A stretch of DNA of 64,000 bases from Longilinea arvoryzae. Lineage in GTDB: Bacteria > Chloroflexota > Anaerolineae > Anaerolineales > Anaerolineaceae. Location of the stretch: contig NZ_DF967972.1 of NCBI RefSeq assembly GCF_001050235.1, positions 806,171-870,170 on the forward strand, read 5' to 3'. Positions 17,845 to 27,258 of this stretch are shown piece by piece. Numbering within the stretch: position 1 is the first letter of the stretch; every line of letters starts with the position of its first letter. A program made the position numbers and the translations under genes. Below the pieces are notes generated by a model that searched no databases, was not told the origin of the DNA, and saw only the letters and a list, made by a program, of their open reading frames with translations.

Positions 17845-19038
17845 ATGAACAAACTGCTTGCCATCATTCGCAAGGATACAGAAATTCGCTTCGCCTCATT
17901 TTCGGAGTGGCTGTTCTTCCTGATCCTGCCGATCTTCTTTACATTCGTACTGGCCGGCGGCACCGGCACGTACAACGATCCGCGCACTGCCCTCACGGTG
18001 GTCGATCAGGCCAACTCGCCCCTTTCGGCGCAGTTGGTGACCGAACTGAAAAAATCGGATTCCATCCGGCCGGTGCTCAAGCCGCTGGCCGAAGCCGAGG
18101 ATGAGTTCGAGAAGCGCAACGTTTCGGCGCTGTTGGTCATCCCGCCGGATTTCGACCTGGCCCATCTGCGCGAGGGCTCGCTGAGCCTGGACCTGCGCCA
18201 ACTGCCCAACAACCTGGGCGCGCTGGCGGCCTATCAAACCGTGGAGTCTATCCTGCAGCGCCTGAGCAGCGGGGTGGAGATCGCCGGGCAGAGCGTGGCC
18301 GCCGCCGAGCAAATTCGACCCTTTGCCAGCGCCCAGGAACGCAACGCCTACTTCGATGCGGCCCTGAGCGCTGCCCAGAGCGAGATCGAAGCCGCGCCGG
18401 AACGGGTGAGCATTACCCGGGCCGCCGTCGAGGACCCGGTGGATTACGACCCGGCGGCCAACGCCTCGGCCGGCCAGATCATCACCTGGGTGTTCATTCC
18501 GCTGTTCGGCATTTCGGGCATGTTTGCCTACGAACGCGCCACCGGCACGCTACGCCGCCTGCTCACCTCGCCCACCCGCAAGGCCACCTATCTGCTGGGC
18601 ACGCTGCTGGGCATGGTCTTCTGGTCGCTGGTCCAGATGCTGCTGTTGATCCTGTTCGGAACCTTTGTCATGAAGCTGAATTGGGGCCATTCACCGGCCG
18701 CGCTGGCCGTCATTCTGGTCAGTTCGGCGCTGGCGGCATCGGCCATCGGGGTGGCCTTGGGCGCCTTCGTCAAGACCGAGAGTCAGGCCAGCGGGCTGAG
18801 CATCATGCTGGGCATGGTGATGGCGCTGCTGGGCGGCTGCTGGTACCCGTTGGAACTCTTCCCGTCGGTCGTGCAGCAGGCTGTCAAAGTGCTGCCCACG
18901 CGCTGGGCCATGCAGGGCATGCTGGATATCGTGCTGCGCGGGCAGGGCCTGAGCGCCGTGCTGCCCGAAGCCGCCGTGCTGCTGGGCTTTGCCGCGCTGT
19001 TCTATGGGATTGGGATCTGGCGGTTCCGGTATGAGTGA
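17845..19038 (+). CDS. ABC-2 family transporter permease (second subunit)
   Basis: Start taken at the internal ATG (MNKLLAIIRKD); same architecture as the preceding permease. Confidence 0.75.
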   Translation: MNKLLAIIRKDTEIRFASFSEWLFFLILPIFFTFVLAGGTGTYNDPRTALTVVDQANSPLSAQLVTELKKSDSIRPVLKPLAEAEDEFEKRNVSALLVIPPDFDLAHLREGSLSLDLRQLPNNLGALAAYQTVESILQRLSSGVEIAGQSVAAAEQIRPFASAQERNAYFDAALSAAQSEIEAAPERVSITRAAVEDPVDYDPAANASAGQIITWVFIPLFGISGMFAYERATGTLRRLLTSPTRKATYLLGTLLGMVFWSLVQMLLLILFGTFVMKLNWGHSPAALAVILVSSALAASAIGVALGAFVKTESQASGLSIMLGMVMALLGGCWYPLELFPSVVQQAVKVLPTRWAMQGMLDIVLRGQGLSAVLPEAAVLLGFAALFYGIGIWRFRYE

Positions 19039-19059
19039 AGAGTGATGCGTAAAGAGTGA

Positions 19060-19195
19060 AGGGTCGATTCGGTATTCGTCAATTCGGTATTCGTTGATTC
19101 GGAATACGGAGTCCGAATATCGAGTACCGAATACCGCGTACCGTGTACCGCATACCGAATACCTCATACCGCGTACCGAATACCGTTTTCACTCC
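19060..19195. repeat. Cluster of reiterated cggtattcg / cgaataccg words forming a long imperfect inverted repeat (hairpin-capable)
   Basis: The left half carries attcggtattcg twice and the right half carries the reverse-complement cgaataccg words several times; related ggtatKcg words also occur at 1868-1915 and 9320-9330. Confidence 0.7.
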
Positions 19196-19230
19196 CTCCC
19201 GCGGTATAATCCAACGCGTTAACTCTGGCG

Positions 19231-19809
19231 TTGGAGACCAACTTGGAACTCGTAACCGATATCATCATTGCCGTTGGACTGGCAATGGATGCGTTTGCCG
19301 TGTCGCTGGGTGTGGGCACCAGCGGCCGCGCCCGGGATGGGCGGTCCGTTTTTCGCCTGGCGTTTCATTTTGGCTTTTTTCAGGGCGGAATGACCCTGTT
19401 GGGTTGGCTGCTGGGCAGCACCGTGGTCGATCTGATTGCCAACTTCGACCACTGGCTGGCGTTCGTCCTGCTGGCCTGGGTGGGTCTGCGCATGGTCAAG
19501 GAAGGTTTTGCCAGGGACGGCGAGGAAAGCGCCTTTGCGGCGGATCCATCGCGCGGGCGCGTTTTGATGGTCCTGTGCGTGGCCACCAGCATCGATGCGC
19601 TGGCGGTGGGCCTGAGCATGGCCATGCTCGACACGAACGTGATCTTTGCCAGCGTGGTCATCGCCGTCATCACATCCGCCCTTTCGCTGGTGGGCCTGCT
19701 GGGCGGCAACCGGTTGGGCAGCCACTTCGGCAAGCGCATGGAAGTGCTCGGCGGTCTGCTGCTGGTGGGTATTGGGGTGAGGATACTGGTGAGCCATCTG
19801 TTGGCATGA
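19231..19809 (+). CDS. mntP: Manganese efflux pump MntP (DUF204 family)
   Basis: Two-repeat DUF204 architecture with MDAFAVSLG and IDALAVGLS signature boxes; probable TTG start; a TATAAT-like -10 at about 19203-19211. Confidence 0.8.
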   Translation: METNLELVTDIIIAVGLAMDAFAVSLGVGTSGRARDGRSVFRLAFHFGFFQGGMTLLGWLLGSTVVDLIANFDHWLAFVLLAWVGLRMVKEGFARDGEESAFAADPSRGRVLMVLCVATSIDALAVGLSMAMLDTNVIFASVVIAVITSALSLVGLLGGNRLGSHFGKRMEVLGGLLLVGIGVRILVSHLLA

Positions 19810-19811
19810 AG

Positions 19812-19885
19812 AGTGAAGAGTGAGGAGTGAAATGAAAGAATTCACGGTTCACTCTTCACCCATCACTCCTCACTTCTTCTTGATA
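19812..19885 (+). terminator. Inverted repeat of gtgaaga/gtgagga words immediately after the mntP stop (hairpin; weak U-tract)
   Basis: gtgaagagtgaggagtgaaatg ... ttcactcttcacccatcactcctcac are near-perfect reverse complements. Confidence 0.45.
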
Positions 19886-19913
19886 TAATTAGGACATAGG
19901 AGGCCCGAATTCT

Positions 19914-20552
19914 ATGTCCGATCGTTTTTTCCGCCGAAAAGAAGACGAGCTCAAGGCGCGCAGTCAGAAACGGCTCCCGCCCGGCCAGGCGTTGACCAAC
20001 AAATTCCCGGTCCTTCATTATGGGCCGGTTCCGGCCTTCAACCCTGCCACCTGGGATTTTCGCATCTGGGGCGAAGTGGAAAGCCCCCTGCGTCTATCGT
20101 GGGAAGAATTCAACCAGCTCCCGCGCACGCGTCTGGTGATGGACATTCACTGCGTAACGCGCTGGAGCAAGCTGGATACCGCCTGGGAGGGCGTGTCGTT
20201 GCGCGACCTGGTCGAGCGCGGCATCCTCAAGCCGTTGCCGACCGCCCGTTTTGTTTTTCAGCATGCCGAATATGGGTTCACCGCCAACCTGCCGCTGGAA
20301 GTGTGCCTGCAGGAGAATTTCCTGCTGGCCACGCACTACGATGGCCAGCCGCTCAGCCCCGAACACGGCTACCCGCTGCGCGGCATCATCGGCGCCATTC
20401 CGAGACGGGATGACCTGAACGTGCCTTATTTTTGGAAGGGCGCCAAATGGCTGCGCGGCCTGGAATTCATGAGTCAGGACCGCCTGGGCTTCTGGGAACA
20501 ATCCGGTTATCACAACGACGCGGACGTGTGGAAAGAGCAGCGCTACGCCTGA
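19914..20552 (+). CDS. Molybdopterin-dependent oxidoreductase, sulfite-oxidase/MsrP(YedY)-like catalytic domain
   Basis: The HCVTRWS motif and overall length fit the sulfite oxidase family Mo-binding domain; no obvious signal peptide. Confidence 0.7.
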   Translation: MSDRFFRRKEDELKARSQKRLPPGQALTNKFPVLHYGPVPAFNPATWDFRIWGEVESPLRLSWEEFNQLPRTRLVMDIHCVTRWSKLDTAWEGVSLRDLVERGILKPLPTARFVFQHAEYGFTANLPLEVCLQENFLLATHYDGQPLSPEHGYPLRGIIGAIPRRDDLNVPYFWKGAKWLRGLEFMSQDRLGFWEQSGYHNDADVWKEQRYA

Positions 20553-20612
20553 CGGCGTCCGTTTTGCGAATCATCTTTTCGATCCAGGTCCCAAGCGCGA
20601 CCATCCAAACGA

Positions 20613-20692
20613 CGGGCAGGCACACTCTCCCAACCCCGTGCGGGGAGCGTGCCTGCCCGAAATGTTGGCGGGTCGCCTTTTTTCGATTCTTC
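20613..20692 (+). terminator. Rho-independent terminator (two hairpins; the second, ggcgggtcgcc, is followed by TTTTTT)
   Basis: gggcaggcac..ggagcgtgcctgccc stem-loop, then a GC hairpin plus a T-tract, right after the stop codon of the oxidoreductase gene. Confidence 0.6.
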
Positions 20693-20950
20693 TTCAATCA
20701 CCCCTATCATTTTTGATAAATGGTTTCAATAATTGCTAAAACCGGGTAATTATTACCGATCTATTCTTTTTCTGGCCTGATGCATAGTTGACAGGGGAAC
20801 CTCGAGATGTATAATGCTTAACATGCGATTGGCGGATCGCATTCCATTACCGGTTCGCCCGGTAATTTTTGTAAGTCAATCCCGATTTCTTCACAACATA
20901 ACTCAACACAACCAGTACGACCCAAAAGCAAGAGCCTTAGGAGGAGATGT

Positions 20951-22624
20951 ATGAAATCTCGGAAGTTTTTTGTATTCATTACCGCCATTGTGGCATTGGC
21001 GATGCTGCTGAGCGCTTGCGCCCAGGCAACGCCAGCCGCCACAGCGGAACCGACCGCTGCGCCGGCAGCGACCGAAGAACCCACCGTGGCGCCGGTCGAA
21101 CCGACGGCAGCCCCAGAGCATCCACTGTGGAGCAAGGAACTTAGAGAGGCCATTGCTGCCGCCATCGACCGCGAAGTAATCGTGGACCGCGTGTTCGAAG
21201 GCCGCAACACACCGGCCTATTCCATGGTCCCGTCCGATTATCCTTACGCCACGGAACCCTTCCTGGATAAATACGGCACCCGCGACCTGGAGTTGGCCAA
21301 GAAGCTGCTGACAGACCTGGGCTATACAGCCGACAAGCCTTTCAACTTCGAACTCTGGTACCCGCCCGAGCACTATGGCACCACCACCGCGGATGTCATG
21401 CAGGTCATCAAGGAACAGCTCGAAGAGACCGGCCTGATCAAGGTGGATCTCAAGTCGCAGAACTGGGCTGAATACGTCGACAGCTTCGTTGCCGGCAAGC
21501 TGCCCGCCTTCATCCTGGGCTGGTTCCCCGATTTCGTCGACCCCGACAACTGGCTGACCCCGTTCGCCTCCTGCCTGCAGTCGCCGGATAATGGCGTGAA
21601 CTACTGCAACCCGGCAATGGACGAACTGTTGACCAAGGCCGCCACCACCCCGGATGGACCCGATCGCGAGGCCCTCTACAAGCAAATTGGTGAGCTGTAC
21701 GCCGACGAAGTGCCCACCCTGCCGCTCTTCTGGGAGCCCGAGTTCATCACCTACCGCAATGGCGTGGAAGGCATCAAGATCAGCTCGGCCTTCGAGTTCA
21801 ATTACTACCCGCTGTCCTTCACCGCAGATGCCAAACCCGCTTCTGGCAAAACCGACACCATCATCATCGGTACTACGGATGAGGTCAACAGCCTGGATGC
21901 GCAGGACGCCTACGCCACTCACGACTGGGAAATCATCAAGAACACGGGTATGCCGCTGCTGACCTACGAGCCCGGCACCACGAACCTGATTCCCGCCGCC
22001 GCGGCCGATCTACCCAAGGTCAGCGAAGATGGCCTGACCTACACCTTCACCCTGAAAGACGGCCTCAAGTTCGCGGATGGCACCCCGGTCACTTCGGCCG
22101 ATTACCTCCGCGCCTGGCAGCGCATCGGCCTCGAGGGGCAGGTTTCCGGTCTGGTGCAGAACTACGTCAAAGACGTAACCGCGCCTGATGCGAAGACTGT
22201 GGTCTACACCCTGAAGAACAGCTACGGCTTCTTCCCCGCGCTGGCTGCCACGGCCCCGTTTGTGGTTACCAACCCGGCCGAATTCCCCACCGATAAGATC
22301 GTGGCCTTCCCCGAGAAGATCGATGGCATCGGCCCATACCGCATGGTTTCGCACACCCCCGGCGAGCAGTTGGTCCTGGAAGCCAATCCGAATTACATCG
22401 GCGAAGCCCCCAAGATCAAGAATGTGATCATCCGCTACTACGCTGACCCGGCAACCCTGGCCAACGCGGTCGAAAAGGGTGAGATCGACATCGCCTGGCG
22501 CACGGTCGGCCCGGTGGAAGCCGTTCGTCTGCAATCCGTAGCCGGCCTGACCGTCGAAACCGTCAACGCCCCCGCGCTGCGCTACCTGGTATTCAATGAC
22601 ACCTTCATGGTCGGGAGCAAATAA
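20951..22624 (+). CDS. ABC transporter substrate-binding lipoprotein, family 5 (Opp/Dpp/Nik type), apparently circularly permuted
   Basis: Lipobox (LLSAC) and a Thr/Pro/Ala linker. The segment order is reversed relative to the canonical DppA/OppA order: domain-II-type boxes come first (ELREAIAAAIDREVIV, LAKKLLTDLGY, GWFPDFVDPDNW) and N-terminal-type boxes come last (TYTFTLKDGLKFADGTPVTSADY, EANPNYIGEAPKIKNVIIRY, YLVFND). Confidence 0.85.
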   Translation: MKSRKFFVFITAIVALAMLLSACAQATPAATAEPTAAPAATEEPTVAPVEPTAAPEHPLWSKELREAIAAAIDREVIVDRVFEGRNTPAYSMVPSDYPYATEPFLDKYGTRDLELAKKLLTDLGYTADKPFNFELWYPPEHYGTTTADVMQVIKEQLEETGLIKVDLKSQNWAEYVDSFVAGKLPAFILGWFPDFVDPDNWLTPFASCLQSPDNGVNYCNPAMDELLTKAATTPDGPDREALYKQIGELYADEVPTLPLFWEPEFITYRNGVEGIKISSAFEFNYYPLSFTADAKPASGKTDTIIIGTTDEVNSLDAQDAYATHDWEIIKNTGMPLLTYEPGTTNLIPAAAADLPKVSEDGLTYTFTLKDGLKFADGTPVTSADYLRAWQRIGLEGQVSGLVQNYVKDVTAPDAKTVVYTLKNSYGFFPALAATAPFVVTNPAEFPTDKIVAFPEKIDGIGPYRMVSHTPGEQLVLEANPNYIGEAPKIKNVIIRYYADPATLANAVEKGEIDIAWRTVGPVEAVRLQSVAGLTVETVNAPALRYLVFNDTFMVGSK

Positions 22625-22852
22625 CGCTCCCTTAATCCGCCAACGCTGAATGAATCTGGGGGCGAGGGTAACCTTGCCCCCAGGAGTTATTGAAGGCTCC
22701 CCCCGTTATTTTACATAGAAGGTCCAAGGCTTTCGATGCCTTTTCTATTGCCAGAATCCGTCAATTCTGGCGAGAGAGCGTGTTAATCAAGACTTGAAAC
22801 TTCCAACGATATGCTATTTTAAGTAAAAAATCTCTCCTTTTGGAGACGCCGT

Positions 22853-23875
22853 ATGTCCGCATCTCTACGCAAATTTCTAATCACCCGTATTCTTCTCACC
22901 ATTCCCATGGTGTTGATCCTGATTACGCTGGTGTTTCTCATCATGCGCATCCTACCCGGCGATCCGATCCGCTCACAGCTTGGCCCGCGCGTCAGTGAAG
23001 AGCAGGCCAACCAGTTACGCGAACGCCTGGGCCTGAACCGCCCGTTGATCGTCCAGTATGGCGAATTCCTCTGGCAGATGGTCACGTTCGACTTCGGCAC
23101 CGCGCTCACCCAGGGTGAACGCCCGATCAAACAGGAACTGGCCGAAAAACTCCCCGCCACCATCGAGCTCTCCATCCCGGCGGTCATTTTCATGGCCGTT
23201 TTTGGGGTGGGTTCGGGCGCCTACGCCGCCAAGAACCGCAAAAAACCAGTCGATTATCTCCTGCGACTGTTCAGTATTGTCATTTACTCCATCCCGATCT
23301 TCTTTATGGGTTTGATGTTTCAAATTGCCTTTTCGGTAAAGCTGCCCGTGTTCCCGCTGGCCGGACGCATGGATACTTTGATGCAGGTGAACTTTGTTTC
23401 ACCCACTCATTTCTATGTCATCGATGCCATCCTCACCCGCAACTGGCCGGCATTGGGTTCGGCATTAATGCATTTGATCCTGCCCTCCTTTACACTGGGA
23501 CTGGCGCTGACCGGTGTCTTCATCCGCCTGACGCGCGTCAACATGATCGAAATCCTGCAGTCCGATTTCATCACCGCCGGGCGCGCGCGCGGCATCTCCG
23601 AAAGACGGCTGGTCTACAAACACGCCCTGCGCAATACGTTTATTCCCATCCTGACGCTGATCGGTCTGCAGTTCGCCGCCCTTATGGCGGGCGCGGTGCT
23701 GACCGAAACGACCTTCTCGTGGCCTGGCATTGGGCGTTACCTGGTGGAGCGCATCCAACTCCGCGATTACACCGCCGTGCAGTCTACGATCGGTGTGTTC
23801 GCCATGTTCGTCGCGGCCATCAGCCTGATCATGGATGTGTTGTATGCATTCGTCGATCCCCGCATCCGGTACTGA
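22853..23875 (+). CDS. ABC peptide/nickel transporter permease (DppB/OppB-like)
   Basis: BPD_transp_1-type permease with the EAA-like loop; first permease of the operon. Confidence 0.9.
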   Translation: MSASLRKFLITRILLTIPMVLILITLVFLIMRILPGDPIRSQLGPRVSEEQANQLRERLGLNRPLIVQYGEFLWQMVTFDFGTALTQGERPIKQELAEKLPATIELSIPAVIFMAVFGVGSGAYAAKNRKKPVDYLLRLFSIVIYSIPIFFMGLMFQIAFSVKLPVFPLAGRMDTLMQVNFVSPTHFYVIDAILTRNWPALGSALMHLILPSFTLGLALTGVFIRLTRVNMIEILQSDFITAGRARGISERRLVYKHALRNTFIPILTLIGLQFAALMAGAVLTETTFSWPGIGRYLVERIQLRDYTAVQSTIGVFAMFVAAISLIMDVLYAFVDPRIRY

Positions 23876-23900
23876 TCCGGCGTAAAGGAGAAATGATCCC

Positions 23901-25151
23901 ATGGAAGAAAAACAAATAACTCCTGAAGCCGTTCCCCAATGGCAGTTGGACCTGGACAAGGTCGGTTTCGTGCGCAAGCTTTTCCTGGCGCGCAAGTGGT
24001 ACGGCGGTGATTGGTGGTTCGTGGCCGTCAGCGCCGTGCTGTTGTTGTTCATCATCCTGTTGGGTGTGGCGCCGAAATGGTTTGCCCCCTACGATCCGCG
24101 AGCCGAGGTCGGCCCGGCCCTGCTGTCTCCGGGTGAAATCCCTCTGGGCTATGTGCTGGTGGTCCAGGCTGACAGCACTGTGACTTCCTTGAAAGAAATC
24201 GGAACCAACAAGAACAATATCGGTTACGTGGTGGGCAGCGCTGCCAGCCAGGCGCTGCGGGATACCATCGACGAATTGAACGCCGCCGAAAAAGCGGCCG
24301 GCTCGGGCATCACCTACCAGCCCCGGCCGCGCCGGTATGAGACGAACGACCTGGGGTTGGCCGATCTCCAGGACGGCAAGCTGGACGCCTTCGTGGCCAG
24401 CATGGAAGAGCTGACGCCCCTGCTGCCGAAGTTCCCGGGCGTCAAAGTGGCCGGCAATCTGACCGGCAATACCAAAACGTTTACCCTGGGCACCAACCAA
24501 CTCGGCCAGGACGTGCTCAGTCGAATCATCTGGGGCACGCGCATCGCTTTGATCGTCGGCCTGAGTTCGGCCATCATCTCGTTCTTACTGGGCGTACCGC
24601 TGGGCCTCATATCCGGTTTCATCGGCGGACCGTTCGACCGCGTGCTGACCATGTTGATGGACAGCCTGTACTCCTTCCCGGGTCTGATCCTGGCGATTGC
24701 CATTGCCGCGGTGCTGGGGGCCGGCATTGGAAATATCATTGTGGCCATCGCGGTGTTGTACATTCCAACCTACTTCCGGATCGTGCGCGGGCAGACTCTT
24801 TCGGTCAAGAACGACCTGTACGTCGAAGCGGCCCGCAGCCTGGGCACGCCCCCCTGGCAGATCCTGACCAAATACATCCTGCCCAACGTCATCCCGTCGG
24901 TTGTGATCATCTTCTCGGTCAACGTGGCGGACGCCATCCTGACCGAGGCCGGCCTGAGCTTTTTGGGCCTGGGCCTGCCGCCGGACACACCCGACTGGGG
25001 CATCGACCTGTCGCGCGGGCAGGATTACATCCGCCGCGCCTGGTGGTTGATCACCTTCCCCGGCGTGATGGTCAGTCTGGTCACTTTATCATTCAGCATG
25101 CTGGGTGAGAGTCTCGCCGAGATTCTCAACCCGCGGCTGGCGGAGTTGTAA
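23901..25151 (+). CDS. ABC peptide/nickel transporter permease (DppC/OppC-like) with an approximately 150-aa extracytoplasmic insertion after TM1
   Basis: The C-terminal 250 aa are a canonical OppC-type permease. The insert (IGYVVGSAASQALRDT...DLQDGKLDAFVASMEEL) resembles one lobe of a type-2 periplasmic-binding fold. Confidence 0.85.
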   Translation: MEEKQITPEAVPQWQLDLDKVGFVRKLFLARKWYGGDWWFVAVSAVLLLFIILLGVAPKWFAPYDPRAEVGPALLSPGEIPLGYVLVVQADSTVTSLKEIGTNKNNIGYVVGSAASQALRDTIDELNAAEKAAGSGITYQPRPRRYETNDLGLADLQDGKLDAFVASMEELTPLLPKFPGVKVAGNLTGNTKTFTLGTNQLGQDVLSRIIWGTRIALIVGLSSAIISFLLGVPLGLISGFIGGPFDRVLTMLMDSLYSFPGLILAIAIAAVLGAGIGNIIVAIAVLYIPTYFRIVRGQTLSVKNDLYVEAARSLGTPPWQILTKYILPNVIPSVVIIFSVNVADAILTEAGLSFLGLGLPPDTPDWGIDLSRGQDYIRRAWWLITFPGVMVSLVTLSFSMLGESLAEILNPRLAEL

Positions 25152-25154
25152 ACG

Positions 25155-26168
25155 ATGGACCAATCTTTTCCTCTGGTACAAATCCGCGATCTATCGGTCA
25201 CCTATAACACCCGCCTGGGTCCGACCAGCGCGGTGGATAAGATCAGTTTCGACATTCGCCGCGGCGAAATCATGGGTCTGGTAGGCGAGAGCGGCTGCGG
25301 AAAGAGCACGCTCGGCAAAGCCCTGCTGCGCATGATCATGCCCCCTGGCTACATCAGCGGCGGCCAGATCATCTTCAACGGCGAAAACGTCATGAAGTTC
25401 GACGAAAAACGCCTGCGGGATTACCGCGGACGTCAGGTTAGCATGATCTTCCAGGACCCGATGACCTCGCTCAACCCGGTGCAAACCGTGGAGCAGCACC
25501 TGGAGGAAGCCATTCAGGTGCACGAGGCCGAGACCAAAACGCCCTATATCATCAAGCGCATCCAGACCCTGATCGAACGATTGGGCATCATGCAAAGCCG
25601 CCTCGACAGCTACCCGCACCAGCTTTCGGGCGGCATGCGCCAGCGCGTTATGGTCGGTCTGGGGCTGGTGTTGAACGCCGGGCTGATCATCGCCGATGAA
25701 GCCACCACCTCACTGGATGTAATCGTAGAGGCCAAGCTGGTCGACCAATTGCGCGAGATCCGCGACGAATTTGGGGTGAGCATCCTGGCGATCACGCACA
25801 ACATCGCCCTGGTGGCCGAAATCGCAGACCGCGTGGCGGTGATGTACGCCGGCAATCTGGTGGAACTGGGGGATGTCAACCGCATCTTCGACGCGCCCCT
25901 GCACCCCTACACCCAGGGCCTGCTGGCATCGGTGCCCACCACCGAAATCAACGCAAAGAAGGAGCTCTACAAAATGCCCGGCGAGCCGCCCAACCTGGCG
26001 CGCCCGCCGTCCGGCTGCCGTTTCCATCCCCGCTGCCCCGCGGCCATGCCCATTTGTTCGCGCTACCGGCCCGCGCTGGAAGAAGTTGCGCCCGGGCATT
26101 GGGTGCACTGCTGGTTGTATCAAGATCACCCGGAAAAGGTTGAAAAGACGATCAAGGTGGCCGCATGA
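25155..26168 (+). CDS. ABC transporter ATP-binding protein (DppD/OppD-like)
   Basis: Walker A (GESGCGKST), signature (LSGGMRQR), Walker B ([11 protein letters not shown]) and the C-terminal oligopeptide-ABC extension. Confidence 0.9.
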   Translation: MDQSFPLVQIRDLSVTYNTRLGPTSAVDKISFDIRRGEIMGLVGESGCGKSTLGKALLRMIMPPGYISGGQIIFNGENVMKFDEKRLRDYRGRQVSMIFQDPMTSLNPVQTVEQHLEEAIQVHEAETKTPYIIKRIQTLIERLGIMQSRLDSYPHQLSGGMRQRVMVGLGLVLNAGLIIADEATTSLDVIVEAKLVDQLREIRDEFGVSILAITHNIALVAEIADRVAVMYAGNLVELGDVNRIFDAPLHPYTQGLLASVPTTEINAKKELYKMPGEPPNLARPPSGCRFHPRCPAAMPICSRYRPALEEVAPGHWVHCWLYQDHPEKVEKTIKVAA

Positions 26169-27184
26169 ACGTGGAAATGTCTGCTCATCAACAGGAAAAC
26201 CTGGTGGAAATCCAGGACCTGAAAAAATGGTTTCCGGTGCAAAAAAGCTTCCTCGACCAGATCCTGGCCGGGCGCAAGGATTTCGTTCGCGCGGTCGATG
26301 GGGTGACTTTTAACATCAAACGCGGCGAGGCATTTGGCCTGGCGGGTGAATCGGGCAGCGGGAAGACGACCATCGGCCGCCTGGCGATCGGCCTGGAAAC
26401 ACCCACCGAGGGCACGGTGCGCTTCGACGGCATCGATCTCAGCACGCAAAACGAACGCGAGATGCGCCACCTGCGCCGGCGCATGCAGGTGATCTTCCAG
26501 GATCCGATGGCCTCGCTCAACCCGCGCATGACCCTGGGCGACAGCGTGGTGCAGGGCCTGAAGATTCACTACCCCGAGGCGGCCGAAAAACACCGCGACA
26601 CACTCCTGGAAATCTTCGAACGCGTGGGACTCAGTCCGGCGCGCTACTTCATCAATAAATACCCGCACCAGATTTCGGGTGGGCAGCGCCAGCGCGTGGT
26701 CATCGCGCGCGCGTTGATCACGCGCCCCGATCTGGTGCTGGCCGACGAACCCATCGCCATGGCGGATGTGAGCGTGCGCGCGCTGCTGCTGGATTTGATG
26801 GTTCAACTGAAGCAGGAATTCAACCTGACCTATCTGTTCATCACGCACGATCTGGCGACGGCCAAATACATTTGCGACCGCATCGGCATCCTCTACCTGG
26901 GCCGGTTGGCCGAAGTGGGCGAGCTGAAAGAGGTCTACAGCTACCCGTTGCATCCCTACACCCAGGCCCTGATGGCGGCCGTGCCCGTCCCCGACCCGCA
27001 CAAACGCCGCACTCAGCCCATGCCGGCCGGTGAAATTCCGAACCCCATCAACCCGCCCTCGGGCTGCCGTTTTCACCCGCGCTGCCCCATCGCGCAGGCG
27101 ATCTGCTCGGTGGAGGAACCCGAACTGCGCGAACTGCGCCCCGGTCATCTGGTGGCGTGCCATTTCGCCGAGAAGTTCCTGTAG
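26165..27184 (+). CDS. ABC transporter ATP-binding protein (DppF/OppF-like)
   Basis: Walker A (GESGSGKTT), signature (ISGGQRQR), Walker B (LVLADEP); 4-nt overlap with the upstream gene. Confidence 0.9.
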   Translation: MNVEMSAHQQENLVEIQDLKKWFPVQKSFLDQILAGRKDFVRAVDGVTFNIKRGEAFGLAGESGSGKTTIGRLAIGLETPTEGTVRFDGIDLSTQNEREMRHLRRRMQVIFQDPMASLNPRMTLGDSVVQGLKIHYPEAAEKHRDTLLEIFERVGLSPARYFINKYPHQISGGQRQRVVIARALITRPDLVLADEPIAMADVSVRALLLDLMVQLKQEFNLTYLFITHDLATAKYICDRIGILYLGRLAEVGELKEVYSYPLHPYTQALMAAVPVPDPHKRRTQPMPAGEIPNPINPPSGCRFHPRCPIAQAICSVEEPELRELRPGHLVACHFAEKFL

Positions 27185-27216
27185 GAAATTCACAGGATCG
27201 ACAGGATTTTAAGGAT

Positions 27217-27258
27217 CAAAATCGGATGCTGCGTTTTTGACAGCATCCGATTTTTTAC
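27217..27258 (+). terminator. Rho-independent terminator after the Opp/Dpp operon
   Basis: Perfect 14-bp stem (aaaatcggatgctg / cagcatccgatttt) with a T-tract. Confidence 0.6.

Noticed and set aside
19040-19230. Possible yybP-ykoY manganese riboswitch upstream of mntP
   Set aside because: The region consists of a simple reiterated palindromic word and none of the conserved riboswitch helices or loops could be recognised by eye. A covariance-model search would be needed to exclude it fully.
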